In this document: piece after piece, positions 29,058-40,285 of the stretch
How the letters are laid out: the number at the start of each line of letters is the position of its first letter
How positions within the stretch are numbered: position 1 is the first letter of the stretch
From: Geosiphon pyriformis uo1
Taxonomy: Eukaryota; Fungi; Glomeromycota
Reading direction: 5' to 3'
Length of the DNA stretch: 64,000 nt
Assembly (NCBI GenBank): GCA_016748015.1
Contig: JAAOMT010000572.1
Location: forward strand, 124,001 to 188,000
The notes under the pieces: model-generated
Seen by the model: only the letters and a program-made list of their open reading frames with translations
Database searches by the model: none
Told to the model about the DNA's origin: nothing
Program-made: the position numbers and the translations under genes

Positions 29058-30275
29058 TGTTATTCTGATTAATCTGAGTGTCTGATCACGTGTAGCAAAG
29101 GCATGATTCACGCTTAGTTTAGATTATTTTAGTAATGTATAGCACTAGGTGGTGTTTGGACTTTACTTATTGAACTTTAATAAAAAAAAAAAAAAATTTA
29201 AAAACATTTTAACCCAAAAATATAACAAAAAATGAAAACACAAAAATATTAACAGCTTTAACATTATCTGAATACTCAACAGTTCAAAAAGATATTATCT
29301 CAAAAAAAACAAAACAACATAAAACAACAATTAATATTTTATTACTTATTAAAATATACTATATTAGAAAAACAGAAAAAATTCAGACCAGCCATTCAGA
29401 GTAATTACAGAATCAGAAAAAGAGACAATATTGTTTAATATGTACTTAAATTCAACTATAAAACATTTTTATAAAGAAGCAACTATAGAAAAAACCAAGA
29501 AAAGATACTATTAGTTATTAATATATTTAGATATCATTTAATATGTTTAAAATTATAATATTTATTAAAGAAGAGAAGAAACAGAACCCAGTAAACCAAT
29601 AAAATCAATTAAAGTAAAACAACTATTTAATTGAATTGAAATTGACTTAGTTAAATCATTAATCATAATTAGCAAAAACAATTAATATATAATAGTAGTT
29701 ATAAATTATCTTATAAAATAGCTAAAAATTAAAGCAACTTAAAGAACAGATACAGAATTTATAGCCAAATTTATATATCAAAATTTGATTTATTGACATA
29801 AATATTCAAAAAAATTGTTATCAAACCAAAAAACTTACTTTGTGAACAGAATATTAACAGAATTAAATCAGAAATTTGAAATAAAAAGATTATTATTATT
29901 TTTATATTACTTATAAACCAATGGCTTAGTTAAAAAATTTAACAAAATATTATATAAAGCAATAGCCAAGATCAGCCAAAAAACCAAAATAAATAAGATT
30001 TGTTTATATTATTAATATTATTTACTTATTAGACAATGAAGCAAGATACTATACAAGCAATATTATTTAAACTAGTCTATAATAGAACAGCAACATTACC
30101 AGTTAAAATAAAAATCAATACATATTTAATTAAACCAATAACAGAAGCCAACTTTTAAAAAACATTACTGAAAAAAAAATATAACTTAATAAAAACTTTA
30201 GAAAACAAAAGGCAAAAAACAATTGATAATATATAAAAATTACAGAAAAAACAAAAAAAGCAACTTAATAAACAA

Positions 30276-31130
30276 TATTACTCATAGAATATAAGAAGTA
30301 TATATTAACATAAATTAGCCAATTAGAAGTAAACATAGTAAATATAGAATTCCAGGATTCTTTTCAGAGGAATTGCAGAATTCCAGAAATTTCAAGATTC
30401 TCATATAAGAAATTACAGGATTCCAGAAATTTCAGAATTTTCATACAAAAAATTGCAGAATTTCAGGAATTCCAAGATTCCTGGTGTGAAAAATTGAGGA
30501 ATTGAGGAATCTTAATTATATATATAATGATAGAGTTAGAAGTAAAAAAAACAGATCTTTTAGTTTAAATTTAATTTAAGCAACCTTCTACATCACAAAT
30601 ATTAATAAATAATTATTCAATATCTCCAATCTACTCTCCACTATCAACACTTTATGTTAATAACAATTGATACTTAACCACACTGGAACAATAGCTCTTG
30701 ATCACAGCTATTGATGGGATACTAACATTCATTGTCTTGGCTTATTTTTCTTTTATTTTCTTTTATTTTTGTTATTTCTTTGTTTTATTAATTGATTGAA
30801 GATTAAGCACTGAGTTATTGACATCAAGGATAGCCTGGTAAAAGACCCTAAAAGAAGGGTATAAGAATTGAGAATTTAAAGATAGCTTACCAAAAAAATA
30901 TTTCTGTCAGATTACCAGCCACTATGCTGAGAAAAAAATTCGACAGAATTGCAATTCCAGGAGGCTACTGAGAAGATAACAATTAAATTTCTGTTCATTA
31001 TACAAAAAACTTCACCAAAACCTTTAGATACAAACAATCTACAGATATTACCAACACCCATAATTAGCAATTGAGTACCAAGTTACAGGTTTGTTATTTG
31101 CTTTGAGACCCCAAAAAATCACTTGTAATA
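30276..31130 (+). repeat. 5' LTR
   Basis: Collinear with 40286-41141. Contains three 40-bp tandem units (30361-30480) and a TATA-like tatatata near 30517. Confidence 0.95.
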
Positions 31131-31132
31131 TT

Positions 31133-31149
31133 TGGTGCTTTCTGTGAGG
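31133..31149 (+). other. Primer-binding site TGGTGCTTTCTGTGAGG
   Basis: Starts with TGG 2 nt after the LTR end. Decayed equivalents follow the LTRs ending at 5051 and 15434. Confidence 0.85.
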
Positions 31150-31159
31150 TATAATCTTA

Positions 31160-33570
31160 TAGAGAATTGACACCAACAACAATTATCTAAAAGTGGCAGA
31201 ATCAGAAATCATAGGAGCAAACCATTTAGGATTTGCCAAATTCTTGTTTTAACAATAGAGCCAACAATTAAGATTAAACAATAACTATTTTCCAGCAGAA
31301 TCAGCTTTTAACTTCTACATCAATAATAAAATTATGGACTGCTTAGGAGGAACAGTTAACATTGAATCTGCAAGAAAAAATTTCTATACAGAATTGTTTC
31401 AACATATCAGCTTACCAAGAAATTACAGTTTCGTACCAATCATCAGGGAAATCAATCAAACCATTAAAAAATACACTCAACAACAATTCCCTATTATCTA
31501 TGCAGATAAAGGCAAAAGAAGATTGCAAACATCAGCAGTAACATCTAAAAAGATACAACCACCCACTTGGAAGAAAACCAGAGTTGAATTACTAACCAAT
31601 CCATTATACTATTATACACCAAGAAGTGCCATCAATATCTCCTTAGCAGATGTGTCCACATCAAACATAATATCAACCTTTAGACAATTTTCATTCTAAA
31701 GTAAACAAAAAAGAGCAGAGTTATTAAGACCATATAGCAAATATTTTGAAAGATTTAAATTGTGATCACCAATGCCATCAAAATTTTGATCACTACCACC
31801 TCAACCAGATTTCGGAACTGTGAGTTTGTGGGAAGTAACTGAATTGGAAAAAGAAGAAAGTAAAAATCAAGAATTTACTTACCAAAACCTGATTTTAGAA
31901 AATCCGGAAGTTGAAACTCTAAACATTCAAACCCAGCAACCTCAAAACAATCCAAACTCTGAAACAATTAATCAGCAAAACTTATCTCCAGTAATTATCA
32001 TCAATCAGCCACCAATTGAACTAATTATTGAACCTATTTAACAACCACTACAACTACTGCAACAACCACAACAACCACTTCAACAGCTGTAATAACAACT
32101 TCAACCACTACCAGCACAATAACAACTGATTACACAAATGGCATATGCATCTATTGCAAAGCTAGAAAAATTTTCTAGTGAAGAAAATGATGCCCAAACA
32201 TAGATTAATGATGTTACCAAAGCCATCACTACCAATAACTGGGATGATGTCAGAGCTCTTCAAGCAATCTTTTATTTTCTTTAAGATGCTACCAACTCAT
32301 GGTATTATAACCTAGTTTAGAAACCCCAAACATTCAATGTATTTAAATTGGAATTTTTAAGATATTTTAGTAATAGCAACAGCATTAATCACTTGGCCAA
32401 CACTTTCACCATCATCAAACAGAGAGATATTGAAACAGTCACCACTTACTTAAAATGTTTTTATCAAAATCTGTGCCAAATACAAGCCATTAATGCTGAT
32501 TACTTTATTGCAGCTCAGATCCTGAATCAGTTTATTTACGGATTATGCAATAACATCCTGCAATGTGTATATCTAATGTATCCAGTAGATCTTCAAGCTG
32601 CAGTTACACATGCCAGAGATTTTAAAGCAGTTAAACTTAAAGCCAACTATGCTCAAGCTGTAAACCTAGTAATGAACAGATTATTTGACTTGGATTCTAA
32701 GTTGAAGCAATTTAGTAACTCATTTAATCAGAAATTAAAAGAGTACTTAGCTAATACCAATTAGGCCATTTATTAACCTCCACAACAATGCAACAATTAA
32801 GGAAACAGAAATTGCTTCCAAAATTAGTCACATCCAGTATCATCCTCAACCAATCAACAGTGGCAGCAGGAAATGCATATATGCTACTATTGTAATAAAC
32901 AAGAATATTTACAGTTTGAATGCCATAAATGGCTAAGTAAACAACAATCAGACTATTAGTATCGAAACTCCAATTACTGACTACAAACTCAGAATTACAT
33001 CAGTAATCAATCATCAGAACAATACTAACCTCAATTACATTACTCTTTAGTAATACAGCCAATTTATCAAATCCCAATAATGCAGCAATTATACTCATCT
33101 TCAGTATATTAGGCTCCAACATCAATCTATCAACTGACAACACCTGTAATCTATCAACCACTACAGCCACAAATAATCTATCAGATACCAGCAATCTCAA
33201 CTCTAAATTCAGTTTAGGTAACATCAGAAAATCTCAGATCTAGAGTTACTCAAAACTGAAGATCGACAATAGTTGTTCACTAACCAATTTTCAGCTCCTC
33301 AAACCAGCCATTGGGATCACACTAGTGGAGTTCAGAAACCAGGTATACCCAAAACCCAAGTTCTCAGAACTATTTAAGTCTCCTGATAACTCTAGAAGAT
33401 GCCACTTCCAACAACACAGAATTCAATTACAAATAAACACTCACCAGCAATATACCTCCAGCCACCATTATCAACAATAAATTACTTGCAGCTATCTTCC
33501 CATTCAAACTTGAGAAACTGACATCTATATTCTTGTTCAGTAGAGCTGCACTCAAGGAAAAACCAATTAC
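31160..33570 (+). pseudogene. Gypsy Gag (long N-terminal region, capsid domain, CCHC-derived knuckle, Q/P-rich linker)
   Basis: Capsid-like MAYASIAKLEKFSSEENDAQ... from 32138, including ORF 32348-32764. Knuckle CYYCNKQEYLQFEC at 32882-32923, in the same frame as the protease. Confidence 0.85.
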
Positions 33571-33571
33571 T

Positions 33572-33940
33572 GCCATGTACACTAATGCCAAAGTCAATGG
33601 ACACTCTATCAAGCTTATCCTTGATAGTGAGTCAGCAGACAGCATTATTACATGACAACTTATAAACCAATTAGGTTGCCAAGTTGATTGTACTGTCAGT
33701 GCCAGAATAATAACAGCTGATGGAATGACCAAAACTTCTATCAGCAAGATTGATGATTTTCTCTTTGAAGTAAATGGTATTATTACTTCAATCAAAGTTT
33801 TGGTAATGGAAGCAATACAATACCAGGCATTAGTTGGTAATGACTGGCTAGTCAAAACAAATGCTGTGCTTGACTAAAATACATAAAAATTACAGCTTAG
33901 CCAGAATGGTTGACACACATATATACCAGCCACGTGTGGC
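33572..33940 (+). pseudogene. Gypsy aspartic protease
   Basis: AMYTNAKVNGHSIKLILDSESA (decayed DSGS) ... ALVGNDWL. Confidence 0.88.
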
Positions 33941-35139
33941 TATTTTAAAACTACCAACATGCCAGCACCACTTATTGAGTTTGAGAAAGTAAAGAAGAAA
34001 CTTACTTGGGAAGCATATCAAGTCTCTTGGGCTGATGAAAACCACAATGAGTTACCACTAATACTCTTGTAGATCGACAATAGGAAAGGAAAAAAAAAAA
34101 AAACTTACCTAGAAATCTGACCAAACTTGGGAAACTGACAACAACCAGAAAGAGCTAATAAATTGAGAGTGGAAAGAAAATACAAAAGGAAAAAGAAAGA
34201 AGAATCAATATTAACCACCACCACTACTTATACTCCATACATATATATTCTACCACAACCATCTAACTATTACTACCCAAAACTGGTATGCTTTAATTGT
34301 GGCAAGAAATTGTTATCAATGGGCACATGCTGTGGCAATAACAAAGAATACCAAATGGCAACTAAGTTTTATTGCCATTCATGCTTCGTTGAATGTTTTG
34401 GAAGACCAAAATGAGTTGGAAAATGGGATAATGAGCTCTGCTTGGTGTGTGAAGAAACTCTCCTCAATGAAAGAATGTGGAATAACATTTCTGAAAAAGA
34501 AGAAACATGTGACAAATCATGTTAGTATATGATTCTCATAAGTGATTGAATAAGAAAAAAACACCCATAAATGCTGTCTGAAGACAAGCTGTCAAACACT
34601 TGGATGAATGTTCACACGATGATGACAAAATTTGGCAAATAGCTTTTGCCAAAATCAAAAAAATGTCACCAAAAGAAATAAGAATAATAAAGAACAATCT
34701 ACTAGAACTTATAGAACTTAACTAGGACTCAGAACCAGTCATAAATCTACTGGATCCAAAACAATTCTATGAACACTACTAGGAATTAGCACCCACTAGA
34801 GAGGAACAAGAGCAATGATTGGAAGAAATAAACACAAAACTATGTAACCATTGTTTAATTCTATGTGACTTTCAATATTGTAATAAGTGTGATCTTATTT
34901 ACAATCCACTACCCTGTATGATCTACATAATCTTGGAAGAAGAAAAACCAATTAGCAGCTGTGCATTAGAATTGAAATCAACTTTCAATTCTAATTTAAA
35001 CTCTGACAAAGATGACAATGAGAATAATAGTTCCAGCTCTATTCCAAATGAACCTGAAAATTACGATGATTCAAACTCTAATTCAAACCCCAAAATATAT
35101 ATCACACTCTCTAATCTAACCAAAAAACAGGAACTTAAA

Positions 35140-35560
35140 TGGTTCAGTGATAATAATGAAGGTATTATGCCAGAACATGCACATAATACTGATGCAGGGT
35201 TTGATCTGAGATATCTGGGAAAAGATCTTATCAAATTGAAACCCTATTTGTGCACCTGTATTAATCTTAAAATAGCATTGGAAATTCTAACAACAACAAT
35301 GGTTCAATTAATATCTAGGAGTAGCTTAGCCAAAAAGAGAATCAACATCAAAGGAGGAATAATTGATACAGAATACATAGAAAATATCATTGCTATGCTT
35401 AGAAAAGGCATATATCATAAATCTAAACAAAAAGATAGCACAGGCAATATTTTTGCCTTTGGTTAAAATAGCTCAATTAGTGTTAGTGAGAAACAGAGAA
35501 AAATTAAGAATTACAGCTAGAAGAATACAAGGATTCAGATTAATGGATAGAATAGATATA
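35140..35560 (+). pseudogene. Retroelement-encoded trimeric-type dUTPase
   Basis: All five motifs recognisable: DAGFDL, SRSSLA, GIIDTEY (GIIDAGY), KIAQAI, RRIQGFR (RGxxGFGSTG). A small frameshifting deletion lies near 35400. Confidence 0.92.
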
Positions 35561-35835
35561 CCAGTCAATATGGCAGAAAAAAAAATTGTTGACAAGGAAG
35601 AAATTATCTTCATCTGTCAATCAATTTCCATTCCACCATATAACTAGTACATGATAACTATAGAGAAAAAAATAAGAGATCAGGCTCAGATTTTTGAGGC
35701 AGAAGCAACACTTTGTGAATCAAGAGAAATTGGATTAATCAATCTACACATACCAGCCAAGAACCACAGTCACATCAAAATTTCTATTTACAACAGCACA
35801 GAAAACATCATTAAAATACCTGAAAAAACTACTAT

Positions 35836-36595
35836 TGGACACTTAACCACTGAAATTGAAGACCAATTGCCAAACTCCATTCCAGACTTTCTACAACTGT
35901 GCAAATATGTGGATATCACATCACAAACAATATATGAACAAAAAAAATGCTATCTGCTCCAACCAAAACAAGTGGAACAAATGAACTTGAAAAATCTAGA
36001 CCTACTACAAAGTATGCAATTCAAAATGCTACTCAACAATTTCAATAACATCTTTGCTAGCAAAAACAAATTTGGCAGAACTGATATCATTCAACATTAA
36101 ATCAAGACTGAAGATATAATGCCAATTAAACAAAGAGCATACAGAATACTACCAGCCAGCCATGAGATCATTTGTCAAAAAATCAATCAGATGCTTGACA
36201 ATGGGNNNNNNNNNNNNNNNNNNNNTGGACACTTAACCACTGAAATTGAAGACCAATTGCCAAACTCCATTCCAGACTTTCTACAACTGTGCAAATATGT
36301 GGATATCACATCACAAACAATATATGAACAAAAAAAATGCTATCTGCTCCAACCAAAACAAGTGGAACAAATGAACTTGAAAAATCTAGACCTACTACAA
36401 AGTATGCAATTCAAAATGCTACTCAACAATTTCAATAACATCTTTGCTAGCAAAAACAAATTTGGCAGAACTGATATCATTCAACATTAAATCAAGACTG
36501 AAGATATAATGCCAATTAAACAAAGAGCATACAGAATACTACCAGCCAGCCATGAGATCATTTGTCAAAAAATCAATCAGATGCTTGACAATGGG
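35836..36595. other. Assembly artefact: exact 370-bp duplication flanking a 20-N gap
   Basis: 35836-36205 is identical to 36226-36595, separated only by Ns, whereas the TE copies in this window are all diverged. Confidence 0.88.
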
Positions 36596-38165
36596 CTAAT
36601 TCAGCTATTAATGAGTCTATAGTTATTATCAGTAGTACTAGTCCATAAAAAGAATGGAAAAATTCACTTTTGTGTGGATTATTGAAAACTGAATGAAGTA
36701 ACCAAAAGAGATAGTTATCTGACTCCAAAAATTCAAGAGCTGTTTGATGCTTTTGGAAGAAAAAAATAGTTCTTAACTTTGGACTTAGACAGTAGTTATT
36801 GGCAGATAGTCATGAAACCAGAAGATAAAGAGAAAATGGCTTTTACAACATAAGAAAGGAATTTCAAATTTGAGGTTATGTCATTTGGCTTGATGAATGC
36901 TCCAGCCACTTTTCATAGACTTATAGAAATTGTCTATACTAGACTACTATAGAAATTAGTAGTCATATACTTAGATGACACCAATGTATTCTTAAAAACA
37001 TTTGATGATCATCTGTATCATCTCCAACAAGTATTTAAAAGACTCAAAGAAGCAGAATTAAAACTAAATGCTAAAAAATGCTTTTTTGAAAAAACAGAAC
37101 TTAAGTTTTTGAAACATGTTGTAAACAAAGACAGTATCAAAACAGATCCAAATAAAATCACAATAGTAAAGAACTTTCCAGTACCAACCAACTTAACAGA
37201 ACTAAGGGCATTTTTGGGATTTGCTGAATATTATCGCCATTTTATCAAGAACTTTTCTAAACTGGCTCAGCCACTCCATCATTTACAAACTAAGAATATA
37301 AAGTATAAATAGACAAAAGCTCAACAAGAAGCATTCAACATACTGAAAAAAAAACTTATTCAAACTCTAGTGTTAATGTATCCAAATCACAGCAAACCAT
37401 TCATTGTCACCACCAATGCATCAGGCCAAGCATTGGGAGCAGTGTTACGGTTTAAAAATTTAGCAAAAAGAATCATAAAAATAATACAAACTATTCAATC
37501 ATAATATAGCACAGTAATAATCTTAGAAAGGTAATGATTAACATAGTAGCAAACACCATCTCGCGATAGTGGCAAGCACCAGTTCACAATAGCAGCCAAC
37601 ACCAACTGGTGATAGCAGCAAGCACCAGGNNNNNNNNNNNNNNNNNNNNAGTTCAGCCTCTGAGAAGGAGTACATAAACACACACAACAATCAAGAATTA
37701 AAGAATAACTTACATCGCAACAGTAAAAAGAAAGCCTTCAGTGTAACAGTGACATTATCACACAAATAGAATTAAGGAACTCACGAAAGACTGATTGCAA
37801 TTAAAGCGGGATATCAGCAATTAAATATAACAAGAAAACCATCCCGTAACAGCAGTATTATCACAAAAAAAACCAGATAAAAGAAAACATCTAGTAGCTT
37901 ATGCCAATAGAAGCTTAAGTCCAGCTAAAAAAAACTATAGAACTCCAGCACTAGAATACTTAGCTATTTATTGAGTTGTTATCAAATGAAAAGAATACTT
38001 GAATCAAAAGTTTGATGTATATACTGATTACAAAGGATTGACTTCAATTCAAAAACAAGAATTTGTAGACGATTGTCATGCCAGATGAAAAATAGAACTT
38101 TTACCATTTAATTATACAGTGCATTATAAAAAAGGAAAAGAAAATGGAAATGCTAACAGATTGTC
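36510..38165 (+). pseudogene. Gypsy reverse transcriptase and RNase H
   Basis: IKQRAYR, VVLVHKKNGKIHFCVDY, MSFGLMNAPATF, YLDD (36968-36979), TTNASGQALGAVLSQ and VYTDY. Confidence 0.93.
37443..37851. mobile_element. Young LTR-type insertion (solo LTR or collapsed element spanning a gap) in the RNase H
   Basis: TGTTACGG...CCGTAACA inverted ends and a perfect GCAG TSD (37439-37442, 37852-37855). CpGs retained; 20-N gap at 37630-37649. Confidence 0.9.
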
Positions 38166-38399
38166 ATATATGAAACAAATCTAAAAACATTTTCAACCCA
38201 AAAATATAACAAAACATGAATATACAAAAATACCAACAACTTCAATATTATATAAATATCCAATTGTTCAAGGAAAAATTATCTCAAAAAAAACAAAACA
38301 ACATAAAACAGCAATCAAAATATTTTATTAACCATTAAAATATACTTTACCAGAAAAACAAAAGAAATCCAAATTAGCCAACTAGAGTAATCACAAAAC

Positions 38400-40240
38400 C
38401 AGAGAAAGAGACAATATTGTTTAACATGTACTTAGATCCAACAGCAGAACATTTCTATAAAGAAGCAACAATAAAAAGAACCAGGAAAAGATACTATTGG
38501 CCATCAATGTATCCAGACATCATCCAATATGTTCAAAATTGTGATACTTGTCAGAAAAGATAAGGAACAAAATCCAGTAAACTATTGAGACCAATCAAAA
38601 TGGGACAACCATTTAATCACATTAGAATTGACTTAGTCAGATCATTAACAATTACCAGCAGAGGCAACAGATATATTGCAGTAACCATGGATTATCTCAC
38701 AAAATGGCCAAAAGCAAAAGCCATTTAAAGAGCAGATACAGAATTCATTGCCAAATTTGTTTATCAAGACTTGATCTGTCAACATGGATGTCCAAAAAAG
38801 TTGTTATTGGATCAAAGAACTCACTTTGTAAATAAAACATTAACAGAATTGAGTCAAAAATTTGGGATAAAAAGACCATTATTATCATCATACTATTCAC
38901 AAACAAATGGGCTAGTTGAAAGATTTAACAGAACATTGTGTAAAGCCATTGCCAAAATCAGTCAAAAAAACCAGGATGAATGGGATTTGATTATACCATC
39001 AGTATTATTTGCTTATTAAACAATGAAGTAAGACACTACACAAGCAACACCATTTAAATTAATATACAATAGAACAGCAACATTACCAGTTGAGATAGAA
39101 GTCAAAACATATTTAACAAAACCAATAACAGAAGAGAATTTTCAAAGAACACTGTTGAGAAAAACATATAACTTAATGAAGACACTAGAAAACACATGGC
39201 AAAGAGCAGCTGATAATATCTAAAAGTCACAAAAAAAAAGACACTATAATTAACTACCAAAGAAACCAGTTGAATTCAAGATTGGAGACAAAGTACTTCT
39301 GTATTGTACTAAAGCAGAAAAACAATAGAGTGAAAAATTTAACCCCAAATGGAATGGACCATTTCACATAGAAAAAATTCTTGGAAATGAAGCTTATAAA
39401 TTAAGGTTAAACAACAAAATTTTAACCAAAGCAGCACATGGCAATTGACTGAAACAATATCACCATATAGTATCATTATCTACCAATAATATTCTACAAT
39501 TAGGAGTACAGAGAATACTAGTCAAACTGAATGAGATTCTATGAGATTTAAAACCAATTATAATCATTAAACCAAACACGTAAAATTGAATAACTGAAAG
39601 AGTATATAAAGACATGGTATACATGACAAAAGATAGCAAAAAAATGGAGATTACTAACAGCATCCACTCATTAGCACAACAACTTTTTCAACTAATACAA
39701 CAACAAGAGATAAAAATTACAATCAACTAACAAACTATCAGATACACAAACACCAGAAAAAAAACACAAGATAAAACACAGAAAAAAACAGAAAACACTG
39801 TTAACAAAATAATTACAAAAGTGAAACTGGCAATAGAAACACAACCAAAAATAAACCAATATTAAGAGTTAACTATAGAAACTTGAAATTGGTAGATACA
39901 ACAATTTCCAAAAAACTTTTGTTATTTTTATTTGGGACAACACTTGAATATTCAGGGCTTGTACATGGATAAAATGAAATGATTATTTGACACAACAATA
40001 TTGCAACAACTAAAACAATTTGTAAGGAAAAACAATTTGACCACACAAGCAAGAGCCATTTATTGGCTATATACCAGATTTCAAGATCGACCAGAAATCT
40101 TACTTAATTCAGAAATGAACTCTATTACCATTAACCAAATAGAAAAAATAACCAATACTCAATTTGAAAACTTACAAAACAAGATAGCACAAGTAATTCT
40201 TGAAAAAAAGTTCAAGAAATACTCAAAGATGGAGAATTAG
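38400..40240 (+). pseudogene. Gypsy integrase with GPF motif and ~260-codon in-frame C-terminal extension
   Basis: YYWPSM..CDTCQ, IDLV, DQRTHF, QTNGLVERFN and KWNGPF. The frame runs from 39449 through 39545 into ORF 40001-40240. Confidence 0.88.
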
Positions 40241-40270
40241 AATTAGAAAATCTCAACAGAGCTCAATATT

Positions 40271-40285
40271 AAAAAGAGGGAATAA
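40271..40285 (+). other. Polypurine tract
   Basis: aaaaagagggaataa immediately before the 3' LTR. Confidence 0.85.

Larger units (their letters stand above)
22438..29196 (+). mobile_element. Full-length non-LTR retrotransposon (LINE) with APE, RT and RNase H
   Basis: Short 5' UTR, ORF1, ORF2, 3' UTR and poly-A 29182-29196. It interrupts the Gypsy RNase H/IN junction, whose flanks rejoin as in the intact copy at 38161-38210. Approximate TSD aaatttaaaaa. Confidence 0.95.

Noticed and set aside
24299-29111. Minus-strand and alternate-frame ORFs within the LINE
   Set aside because: Shadow ORFs of ORF2 with no independent motifs.
33230-33430. Possible Gag/Pol frameshift overlap
   Set aside because: Capsid (32348), knuckle (32882) and protease (33575) share one frame, so no frameshift is needed.
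35836-36595. Apparent tandem duplication of the pre-RT region (ORF 36119-36490)
   Set aside because: The copies are identical and abut an N gap, typical of an unmerged contig overlap.
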